A DNA stretch of 20,539 bases, taken from assembly GCA_041739995.1 (NCBI GenBank), contig JBGSMV010000060.1:1-20539 (forward strand), read 5' to 3'. Below, piece after piece: positions 1-7,544 of this stretch (position 1 is its first letter; every line of letters starts with the position of its first letter). The DNA comes from Bdellovibrionota bacterium. Lineage in GTDB: Bacteria > Bdellovibrionota_C > UBA2361 > JBGSMV01. A program made the translations under genes and the position numbers. The notes beneath the pieces are model-generated. The model had not been told where the DNA came from, did no database searches, and worked only from the letters and a program-made list of their open reading frames with translations.

Positions 1-44
1 AAGTAGCGGTGCTTTAACTCGTCAAAACCTACTATTTCTCTCAT
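1..44 (-). CDS. Possible 5' end of an ORF reading out of the window (MREIVGFDELKHRY...), inside the terminal repeat
   Basis: ATG at 44-42 preceded by aaggttctggaaat; open for 14 codons to the window edge; same in the right copy. Too short to assign a product. Confidence 0.35.
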   Translation of the reverse strand, partial: MREIVGFDELKHRY

Positions 45-140
45 ATTTCCAGAACCTTATAAAAGTTCGGTAACTGGAATTATGAGGCTTCAACCACTCA
101 AACAGCTTCTCTTTGGTAACCTTTTTTATGAGGCTTATCG
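2..140 (-). repeat. Left copy of a perfect 139-bp terminal inverted repeat; probable end of a multi-copy mobile element
   Basis: 2-140 is the exact reverse complement of 20401-20539. Identity stops abruptly at ...aggcttatcg|atggc (left) versus ...aggcttatcg|ggtta (right, reverse-complemented). 53 of the first 140 bases are G/C (~38%), lower than the interior. Confidence 0.97.
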
Positions 141-160
141 ATGGCACCTCCCAAGAGGCT

Positions 161-706
161 CTATTTAACGTCTCGGCCCATAACCGTTTTTCTCCCCGCC
201 GCCTTCGCATTCTCTACGGCTTGCTTGCACGACAAAACTATCTGGGAGCTCAGCGCATCTATTGCACATTCGCTGGTATTAAAATCTGAGAGGTCTTTAA
301 CTAGTTTTTTCACTCTTGAAACAACTACCAGGGTCTCACTGTCAATTGAAGGCGAAGCTCCTGGCTTTGCAGAGAATGAAGAAACAGCGCCCGAGGCAGA
401 AGGAGAGGGCGGTGGGCTGGAGATAATAGTTCTACGGGGCGCTTGAGTTATGCGCCCTTCTTCGCCCGCTTCTAGAAACTCATTTTTACTCGGTGCTACC
501 GCTTCCTCAGCAAAGGCACTGCGGTGATTCGCAAATCCAAGATGCGCGTCCCAACAGGGCACCGAGCAAAATACGTAGCCCGTACGCTTTGCGCGACAGG
601 TACTCACCGAGCACACATAGTGCTTCTGTTGGAAGCTAAGTTCCTTCTTGCAGCCACTACAGCGCTTCCAAAATGTACGATTCTCGTCTGGTCCAGGTTG
701 GTTCAT
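161..706 (-). CDS. Bacterial histone-fold protein with N-terminal ZZ-type zinc finger (ZZ histone)
   Basis: C-terminal ETLVVVSRVKKLVKD..FNTSECAIDALS...AVENAKAAGRKTVMGRD closely resembles Bdellovibrio histone Bd0055, including the RKTV..RD motif. N-terminal CxxC-x12-CxxxxC-x9-CxxxCxxxH-x5-H; Pro/Ser-rich linker. Confidence 0.9.
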   Translation of the reverse strand: MNQPGPDENRTFWKRCSGCKKELSFQQKHYVCSVSTCRAKRTGYVFCSVPCWDAHLGFANHRSAFAEEAVAPSKNEFLEAGEEGRITQAPRRTIISSPPPSPSASGAVSSFSAKPGASPSIDSETLVVVSRVKKLVKDLSDFNTSECAIDALSSQIVLSCKQAVENAKAAGRKTVMGRDVK

Positions 707-863
707 ATGTCTCGCTCAGCCACTCACTCCGGCTCTGAAAAGATTAAGAGATTTTAGTCTGAAGCGATTCTCAGTGCTGCGCAACCTGGTGCTTAAATCA
801 TACGCGACCGACCGGCCCCTTGCAGCTCTTTAGGTCCTCCCACCGCTCTGACACAGAGAAGGC

Positions 864-1904
864 CTATTCGTTTTGCTCTGCCAGAAGTGACAAAATCGCT
901 GGTAAAAATGCAAACGACAACCAAATAACCAGCGAGGGCTGTGCAAACCCTGAAAAGTAGTTTGCACCAAAGAGAACACCGCACAAAATGGTGGCAAGAA
1001 AGGCCGCGCGCCGCTCTATCTGGGTGGATAGAAACCTTGCTGTGTGTAGGGCGCTAAGCGCGCGGATTGTCCGAAAATACTCGGCATTAAAAAATTGGTG
1101 CTTGCCAGGCAGGTACCCAAACAGCATGACCACGTTCTGGGCGATATATGCCCCTGCAAGTCCAAAGAGAAACCACTGAAAAATAGACTCTGCCCCGATG
1201 ACTGCATCACCGACCTCGAGCGAGCTTTCGATGGAGCTCAAGCCAAACATCCCGGTGAAATAGAGCGATCCAAAAACAACCATCACAAAACAAGACCACA
1301 AACTCAGCCATAACCGGTGGCCGTTCGAGAGCGGGATAGAAGAAAAAGCATGTGTCAAAGCGAATAGGGAAGGGACTGCAATGAGTCCCCCAACCAGGAG
1401 CAGAGCCTTTTCCTCAAAATAGCTTATAACTAAATACCAGAGCGAGTAGGTGTGAAGCAGAGTGTCTGCCTCGCCAAGTCGCGCGGTGTATAGTTTCTGA
1501 TGCTGGACAAGCACCACTATGAAAAAAGATATGGCGAAGTAAAATGGCCACATGCTCACATGTGCAGCAAACGAATAAGTAGATTCTCTCTTGCCTGGAA
1601 GAAAGGCCAGAAAGCTAAATAGCAAAGACACGCCAATAATTCGGAGCACCCTCTTGCTATCGCCAAGCAGACGGTAGAGCTCCCAAAAACAGCCCAGCAG
1701 AAACACCGTCATTTCAATCACCAGAGTCTGCGGACGCCCGAGCGTGTGGGTCAATAATCCCACGACGAGCAAGAGCAGCACCACGATGGCAAGGGACAGC
1801 AGATCGAGGAGCGGTGCTTTTGCTCGGTCGTTAATCTCTCTATCGGCAGTCGACCGAGCAGCTCGACTGCCGGCAGATTTCTTCTTAACTCGCCGCTTGT
1901 TCAT
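864..1904 (-). CDS. Polytopic membrane protein of unknown function (346 aa)
   Basis: Long ORF with about 10 hydrophobic segments, basic N-terminus and aaaagga upstream of the ATG; LPGK occurs twice. No family recognised. Confidence 0.75.
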   Translation of the reverse strand: MNKRRVKKKSAGSRAARSTADREINDRAKAPLLDLLSLAIVVLLLLVVGLLTHTLGRPQTLVIEMTVFLLGCFWELYRLLGDSKRVLRIIGVSLLFSFLAFLPGKRESTYSFAAHVSMWPFYFAISFFIVVLVQHQKLYTARLGEADTLLHTYSLWYLVISYFEEKALLLVGGLIAVPSLFALTHAFSSIPLSNGHRLWLSLWSCFVMVVFGSLYFTGMFGLSSIESSLEVGDAVIGAESIFQWFLFGLAGAYIAQNVVMLFGYLPGKHQFFNAEYFRTIRALSALHTARFLSTQIERRAAFLATILCGVLFGANYFSGFAQPSLVIWLSFAFLPAILSLLAEQNE

Positions 1905-2509
1905 CGACGTTCCTTTTCAGTGCGCGCATTACCCGCGTGCGTGGCTTGCTGTTCGCCCTGACTAGCTCTTATATGAATACTCGAGGCTTCGAGCTATCCG
2001 GCGCTCGTGGGCCGAAGAGGGGAGTCAAACAAGACTACGCCCTAGTCACCCTTAGTAAATCCCAATTTAACGCAGCGCTCGCTGCGAGCTCGGTTGATTT
2101 ATGAATTAGCTCGCTTGCTGCGGCCAAAGATTCGGTTTCCTCTATGATGAACTTCCTTCGCCGAATAGGCGATTGGCGGTTTGAAATGGCAACCCACGAC
2201 ACCCTCCCCACAATCACGATAACAAGCTAAATAGACTAGAGATTTTGGGTGGTGACTAGTCACCTTCTTCAGTCACCGACTTTCAATGGCGAGCCCAGCG
2301 CAGGGCTCGCCTCTTGTCGCCCCTTGGTTAAAACCTTCGGCTGCGGTAGGAGGGCGGTATAGGGATTCTATTTCGCTCTTTAATTTAAAGAGCCTCATTG
2401 TGGGGTCTTCCGAAAATGCTCGACCTACCTGGCCCCACGGGGTCTCCTCTCGAACCACAGGGAACGCCAACATCGAGGTCTGAAACGCCTCCGAGGTGGA
2501 CCGTCTCGG

Positions 2510-3358
2510 ATGGCAACATCCTCACCTCCGCCAGCCCGCGAGAGGAAAACGACGGAACCAGAGCCCGCCCAAATTGAGCCAAGCAGCAACGGCCTTGAAG
2601 CCCTATCTGTACCGGAGCGCAAAGTGCCGTGCTGGGTGGCTCGATATCGTTCGGGAGAACCACTCGGGAGCAGCATTATCAATCCCGATCTCGAACGAAG
2701 ACGCGACCCTGTTCTCCTAGCCCTCTTGAAGGAAAATCCGGATTGGAATCCAACCAACGAGCAGCGAGATTTTGTGGTTGGAACCAGATTCCTCGCCACC
2801 AAAATTGTTCCCGTGAAAGGCGTCAGGCGCTGGTTGGATTCTGCAGAAGGAAAGGCTTACGAGAATACTACCAAGGAATTTGAAGACCATTTCTCTTTGG
2901 CACTTTCCAATCTGCTTGTTCATCGATATCCGAGCGACCCGAAAGTGGTTGCTCTCACCCCGGACGATCAGCCTCGTAGATATAGCGAAACCCCAGCCTC
3001 GGACATTCTCGCGTCGCAGTGGTTGGTCGAGTCGCTAATCCTCTGTCTCCCGCGCCATCCTCCTCTCATTCCTTCAATGCTCCGTGTAGTTTCACAGGCT
3101 CGACAGGAAGAGATGTCGCTAGAGAGAGCCAACGGGATTCCTAATTCCCAACAGGGTATCCATTTCGGCGCAAAAGTAATCGCAAATTTCACCATGGCCA
3201 CCGTGATGGCTTACTATGCAGCCCGAGAAAATGGAGAACTGCAAACTGAGATCGGGCATTTGTTTTCACGCCTAACCGGATTCAGTGATTCTGCTGCAAT
3301 CCGCGGACTTGAGAGCGGGGCATTAGAGCTTTCCCTTGCAAAATTCCACCCTGAGTAA
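2510..3358 (+). CDS. Hypothetical protein (282 aa)
   Basis: Long ORF with protein-like composition; disordered N-terminus followed by a helical-looking region; gaggtgga upstream. No family recognised. Confidence 0.7.
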   Translation: MATSSPPPARERKTTEPEPAQIEPSSNGLEALSVPERKVPCWVARYRSGEPLGSSIINPDLERRRDPVLLALLKENPDWNPTNEQRDFVVGTRFLATKIVPVKGVRRWLDSAEGKAYENTTKEFEDHFSLALSNLLVHRYPSDPKVVALTPDDQPRRYSETPASDILASQWLVESLILCLPRHPPLIPSMLRVVSQARQEEMSLERANGIPNSQQGIHFGAKVIANFTMATVMAYYAARENGELQTEIGHLFSRLTGFSDSAAIRGLESGALELSLAKFHPE

Positions 3359-3368
3359 GAAGCGGAAC

Positions 3369-3788
3369 TCACTTGCAAGAGAGGCTTAGCAGCACCGCCT
3401 CAGGATCCTCCTGCGCATGATATCTAAAGAAAATGGTCGAGCGATTCTCGCCACACACTAAACGTAGCTCAGCATTAGGTTCGAACAGCGTCCGCGGCTC
3501 CTCCCATTTCCCCGACACCACGCCCACCGGCTTCCGGTCGACTTCAATACTCCAAGCTCCGCCTTCCGCCGAAAGAATGGGCAAGAAGCCAGAGGCCACG
3601 ATGCTCTTTATTACGTACACAAACTTCATCTGCGCTTCATAACGACGCAATTCATCAGGACCATTAAAGTCATCTGGTAATTTCGTTGATCCTGAGCTTA
3701 CGGAACAAGAAATCTTTGAGCTTACGCGAGAGGATTGGAGCAAGTGCCGAAGCAGGGTATGAGCCTTTGCCTTTCCGGTGAAAGGCAA
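3369..3788 (-). CDS. Small hypothetical protein; true start probably downstream of 3760
   Basis: C-terminal ~100 aa look like a compact globular domain (SGFLPIL..GGAWSI...PVGVVSGKWEEPR...FRYHAQEDPEAV). The track's start lies inside a 16-bp hairpin, so it is doubtful; an in-frame ATG exists at 3629. Confidence 0.55.
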   Translation of the reverse strand: MPFTGKAKAHTLLRHLLQSSRVSSKISCSVSSGSTKLPDDFNGPDELRRYEAQMKFVYVIKSIVASGFLPILSAEGGAWSIEVDRKPVGVVSGKWEEPRTLFEPNAELRLVCGENRSTIFFRYHAQEDPEAVLLSLSCK

Positions 3789-3795
3789 AGGCTCA
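3760..3795. repeat. Perfect 16-bp stem, 4-nt loop hairpin
   Basis: tgagcctttgcctttc-cggt-gaaaggcaaaggctca; no U-tract on either side. Confidence 0.85.
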
Positions 3796-3824
3796 GAAGG
3801 AAGAGTCCGCGTACTCGCTCAATT

Positions 3825-3867
3825 AAAAAGCGCCGAGGGATCCACCATAAGATGAACCCCTCGGCGC
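3825..3867 (-). terminator. Rho-independent terminator of the SYLF gene
   Basis: gcgccgaggg(3830-3839)/ccctcggcgc(3858-3867) stem extends to 15 bp with two G-U pairs only on the minus strand, and is followed by TTTTT; 40 bp after the 3907 stop. Confidence 0.8.
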
Positions 3868-3906
3868 AATGTTTCAGATCTGCTAACGTTCTCAGATCTA
3901 CGAACT

Positions 3907-4473
3907 CTATGCTTTAGGCTCGAACTGAGAGATCTTGGCACCTTGAAGTCCAAGACCCGCCATCAAACCCTTCTGCTCGAAGAAGAACGCATAGACTCCC
4001 TCGCGAAGCGTAGTGCTCGACAACGAGCTGGCCAACCCTTTGTCCACAATAGTCACCGATGGGCCTACTCCGATCTCCCAACCGTTGGAAGTGCGAAGAT
4101 ACTTAAGGTCTGAATCAGACATAAAGAAGAGCGCGTATCCATACTTCTGAACACCAGCCTGGAGTCCAAAGGAAGCTGCTGCAGTCTCATAGAATTCGGC
4201 CGCTTTCCCTTCTGTAAAGAGAACGCCTTCTCCGTACTGTCCACCAAAGATAAAGCCGGCCTTAGTGATGCTCGGGAATACCAAAATGCCTTTGGCCGAG
4301 TTCGACAAAGCAGCTGCACCAGGTGTGGACTTATACAAATCGGCCAAAGCTGCGCGGGCGTCCTTTTCCATTTCCGCAGCAGAATCGGCATGCGCAGAGG
4401 AGACGACGGGAGCAAAGACACAAGAAAACACAAACAAGACTGTGGTGATCGCGTACGATTTAAGAAAACGCAT
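3907..4473 (-). CDS. Lipid-binding SYLF (Ysc84/DUF500-like) domain protein, exported
   Basis: Signal peptide (..SSAHA|D); AKGILVFPSITKAGFIFGGQYGEGVL, SFGLQAGVQ, GWEIGVGPSV, QKGLMAGLGLQGAKI; RBS ggaga. Confidence 0.9.
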   Translation of the reverse strand: MRFLKSYAITTVLFVFSCVFAPVVSSAHADSAAEMEKDARAALADLYKSTPGAAALSNSAKGILVFPSITKAGFIFGGQYGEGVLFTEGKAAEFYETAAASFGLQAGVQKYGYALFFMSDSDLKYLRTSNGWEIGVGPSVTIVDKGLASSLSSTTLREGVYAFFFEQKGLMAGLGLQGAKISQFEPKA

Positions 4474-4883
4474 ATTGTTTCTCCGTTAAATTTAGGCGCA
4501 AGCACTATAAGCGAGCGATGTTACGGCCGCAATACTCACCACATTACGCGTATTTCTCGTGGTGTGCCGGCTCCCCCAGAATTAATTCAGCGAATGGTCG
4601 AAGTTCGCTCGGGTCGTCGTGCTTGATGTGGGCACGCCGACGGTGTGCGCCGCGACGACCATGCATCACGCCGATTAAGAGCTCGACCAGCATTCGAATG
4701 CCCTGCTATCCGGGGCCGAGGACAATCGCAAATGAAAACCAGAGGGAGTTTGGGGGCCCTTGGAGCACCCCAGGAGCGCACCCACACTAGGAATCCCTTC
4801 AGCAAATTCAAGCGGTTGCTCGTCAGAAAACGATTACTTACTGTTCCGAACCAACTTCGGAGCCCGCCTCATCAGAACACCTT

Positions 4884-5174
4884 ATGAATCCAGTAGACTC
4901 AAACCCAGCCTCAAATATCAACAAAACGCCTCCGCTGGCGCCCAAAGACATCGCTCCTAAAGCGCCTTCGGCTATTTCTAAACAAGCGCCCACGGCCATT
5001 TCAAAACACGAAGGCGTGGTCGCCTCAGTATCGCCCGCAATAAATAGCCCGGAACAGGCAGATGCAGAACTTTTGCGCATCAAGGCGCTGTTATCACCGT
5101 CGGGCGCACGTGCACTCGAGGCTTTCAACCCAACCGATGTGGCAAAGATTAATCGACTACTGTCGGACGACTGA
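4884..5174 (+). CDS. Hypothetical protein, largely disordered with C-terminal helices
   Basis: Pro/Ala/Ser-rich N-terminus with a short tandem repeat (KAPSAISK/QAPTAISK) and an amphipathic C-terminus (DVAKINRLLSDD). Confidence 0.6.
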   Translation: MNPVDSNPASNINKTPPLAPKDIAPKAPSAISKQAPTAISKHEGVVASVSPAINSPEQADAELLRIKALLSPSGARALEAFNPTDVAKINRLLSDD

Positions 5175-5221
5175 GTTCAGCGACCCAACCTGGACTAGAA
5201 ACGAGCGGCACCCGTTCAGCA

Positions 5222-5644
5222 TTAATCCACCTGCTGCGCCGTCAAGAACATTGCCTTTTCAAGTGCCGCAAAAAACTGCTGATACGGCTCGGGGTCAGTA
5301 ACCGGTTCAATGTTGTACTGCGCATTCGCTCGAACAATGAGCTGCTTCTTTCCTCTCGGCATCACCGAAACCGTAATGCGCAACGCATACCCATCGAGCT
5401 TGGTCCCGCTTATCGTGCCAAGATCAAGGTCTGCTTTATCCACCACGAAACTTAAATCCTGTAGCGTCTGAATGGCAGTGCGCAGAGTTAGACGTCGATC
5501 GGTTGTATCAAAGGCGCGCGACTGAATTTGTCGAAGCTGCACCTGAGACTGGTCACTATCGAGAATTCTCTGATTCGGAGGGACGCAGCCAAAGAGTAGG
5601 GGAGTTGCCACAATTAGAAACAGCGCCACCTTCCTTAAATCCAT
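5222..5644 (-). CDS. Lipoprotein of unknown function (paralogue of the upstream gene)
   Basis: Lipobox LLFG|C; RQIQSRAFDTTD...LQDLSFVVDKADLDLGTISGTK...PEPYQQFFAALEKAMFL; RBS ggagag. Confidence 0.85.
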   Translation of the reverse strand: MDLRKVALFLIVATPLLFGCVPPNQRILDSDQSQVQLRQIQSRAFDTTDRRLTLRTAIQTLQDLSFVVDKADLDLGTISGTKLDGYALRITVSVMPRGKKQLIVRANAQYNIEPVTDPEPYQQFFAALEKAMFLTAQQVD

Positions 5645-5665
5645 GCGAATTCTCTCCCGATCAGT

Positions 5666-6211
5666 CTAGATATTGTTAGCCTGCAAAAATACCGACTTGG
5701 AAAGTTTGTCGAAAAACTCCTGGTACAACACCGGCTCCTCAAGACTTTCAACTCGAGCGACCTGTCCGCGATCGTCAATAACAGTGCGTTGGAAAGTCAC
5801 CCTCACATTCATGGCGCCTTTAGCTGGGGAGCGAGTAACCACCGATGCTTTGATATGTTGCACCCTATCAACAGGCATATTCGAACCTGAAAGCAGCCCC
5901 AGGAGGATCGCACCCGCAACTTGGCTCGCACTGGTCGCATCTCTCGACTTAGACCCTGCAATCAGCCCAAGTTTGGTTTCGCTCTCGTCGATAGAAAACC
6001 CAATATCTTGGAGCACCATAGCGGAGGCTTGGAGAAGCTGAAGCTCATCCGAAGTATCGAACCGACGGGTCTGAAGTTGCCGCCGAGCAAGGGAGTCAGG
6101 CTGTAGCAGCAGTGCGTCTTTGGGAATCGTTGGGGCACAACCCTGCAGCGCTGCAGAGAAACCCAACAGTACCAAAGCCAAAAACACATCCCTGGCCGGT
6201 CTCAACTTCAT
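5666..6211 (-). CDS. Lipoprotein of unknown function (181 aa from the ATG at 6211)
   Basis: Start reassigned to MKLRP, 4 nt after the upstream stop; lipobox ALQG|C; RQLQTRRFDTSD...LQDIGFSIDESETKLGLIAGSK...PVLYQEFFDKLSKSVFL. Confidence 0.85.
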   Translation of the reverse strand: MKLRPARDVFLALVLLGFSAALQGCAPTIPKDALLLQPDSLARRQLQTRRFDTSDELQLLQASAMVLQDIGFSIDESETKLGLIAGSKSRDATSASQVAGAILLGLLSGSNMPVDRVQHIKASVVTRSPAKGAMNVRVTFQRTVIDDRGQVARVESLEEPVLYQEFFDKLSKSVFLQANNI

Positions 6212-6215
6212 GAAA

Positions 6216-6692
6216 CTAAAACCGAGAGGTATGGTAGGCAAAATCGCGCACCATCTTTCGGTCGTCGAACTTGATAATGACGGTAAAGGTCTTCTGACTT
6301 GTGGATGCAGCACCGCTTCCCGCGTTGTAACCACTCCCCACACCCCCGCCAACACCGCCACTTCCAAAGGTGCCTCCGCCGAAAATCAGAGATGAAATTC
6401 CGCCTGAATCCTGCGACTGAACATGCTCGGTCGAAATGCGGTCATAAATCCAAACCTCTCGACGATTCTCATCCGTCGTGACGATATTGGGAGAACCGAG
6501 CACACTGGCGACGTCCCCACCGGACATGCCGACTCTAATTTCCTTCTGAACGGTACCTACGGTGAGAGCGTCCCCCTCACGATCTGCGACTGCTTGGCGA
6601 TGCTGGGAAGCTCCCGCACACCCAATCACAAAGAAACACAGGGCGACCACGACAACTCGTTGCATCATTTTGACCATCCTAAATTTCCCCAA
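6216..6692 (-). CDS. BamE/SmpA/OmlA-like lipoprotein with Gly-rich insertion
   Basis: Lipobox FVIG|C; IRVGMSGGDVASVLGSPNIVT...EVWIY and TVIIKFD...VRDF match the SmpA/OmlA fold pattern. Exact start Met uncertain. Confidence 0.8.
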   Translation of the reverse strand: MGKFRMVKMMQRVVVVALCFFVIGCAGASQHRQAVADREGDALTVGTVQKEIRVGMSGGDVASVLGSPNIVTTDENRREVWIYDRISTEHVQSQDSGGISSLIFGGGTFGSGGVGGGVGSGYNAGSGAASTSQKTFTVIIKFDDRKMVRDFAYHTSRF

Positions 6693-6908
6693 AAATATGA
6701 AGGCTACAGACCGGGGCTATCAGCGCTCCGAATATAGCGCGACGACACCAGAGGGCCAGCCTAAAGAATAGCATGGCAAGCAGGGGACGTTACCCCGTAG
6801 AGGGCCGCTAGCGGATTGGTCTATGTCATCGTAAGAACTAGGGGTAGTCGAACCCGAACACCAACCTCTCTTCTGAGGGAGTTCGCAAGCCTTTACACGG
6901 TAATCTGT

Positions 6909-7349
6909 ATGGTTAAAGAAGCACACCACTGGGCCCCACTGATTTTAAGACTGGCTTTGGGGTTCTTTTGTGTACGCCTCGGCATCTGGGGCTACGTAGG
7001 AGAGGCTACTTTTAAGTCAACGATTGAGTCTTATACTGGTTTGCAAGGTATCCCGCTTACGCTCTACCTCATTCTGGGACCCTACCTTTTGTTTGGGGCA
7101 GGAAGCTTACTAATACTCGGGTTATTCACCCGCGCTGCTGCGCTCGTCGCGATTTTTGTTTTTGCACCTCTTCTGATTGCAGGAGGAGCAATTTCTGCCA
7201 TTGAAAACCCGATGGCGCTTTTTCCTGAGCAACGCACGATCTTCAAAGATCTAGTAGTCCTGGCCGCATTTGGTTCTCTGCTGTTCAGTGGGCCGGGCGC
7301 GATTAGCATAGACAACACGTTGAAGGCTCTGTACCGAAGCAAAGACTGA
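6909..7349 (+). CDS. DoxX-family membrane protein
   Basis: APLILRLALG, LLILGLFTRAAAL, KDLVVLA, GPGAISID motifs; start moved to the ATG at 6909. Confidence 0.85.
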   Translation: MVKEAHHWAPLILRLALGFFCVRLGIWGYVGEATFKSTIESYTGLQGIPLTLYLILGPYLLFGAGSLLILGLFTRAAALVAIFVFAPLLIAGGAISAIENPMALFPEQRTIFKDLVVLAAFGSLLFSGPGAISIDNTLKALYRSKD

Positions 7350-7376
7350 GTCGGGTAGCGGAGCTGCGCGTTGCTC

Positions 7377-7526
7377 TTAGATACGTTCGTGGTGAAGAAT
7401 GGAAAGATGCTCAGCCCGTAGCCAGAAATCAACGCCATCGGGTGCATCTGCTTCTTTCCGTATAATAAGATAGGCAAGACCCACGAGGCCACAGAAGAAA
7501 TCTAAGACGAGTGTCCCCGTATCCAT
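7377..7526 (-). pseudogene. Frameshifted, 3'-truncated small membrane protein gene (YGKKQ-type ~65-70 aa family)
   Basis: ATG 7526 gives MDTGTLVLDFFCGLVGLAYLI; skipping one base at ~7463 continues YGKKQMHPMALISGYGLSIFPFFTTNV. The expected final hydrophobic helix is absent. The unshifted frame stops at 7377-7379. Confidence 0.65.
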
Positions 7527-7544
7527 ACAGTGCCAACTCTTACT

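Noticed and set aside
132..142. ggcttatcgat resembling a HindIII-ClaI polylinker junction
   Set aside because: The HindIII site is not intact, the right junction has no ClaI site, and I do not recognise the rest as vector.
22..210. 62-aa ORF sharing its C-terminus with the 19068 protein
   Set aside because: Chimeric read-through from an alternative frame of the histone gene into the repeat; the shared peptide only reflects the inverted repeat.
4884..5174. FlgM-like anti-sigma factor call
   Set aside because: Size and disorder fit, but the conserved FlgM C-terminal motif (I..G.Y) is absent and there is no flagellar context.
6212..6367. N-terminal extension of the 5666 ORF
   Set aside because: Overlaps the BamE-like gene; the signal peptide begins at ATG 6211.
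6713..6790. GGGGCTAT start reminiscent of tRNA-Ala
   Set aside because: No TTC T-loop, cloverleaf or matching acceptor stem follows.
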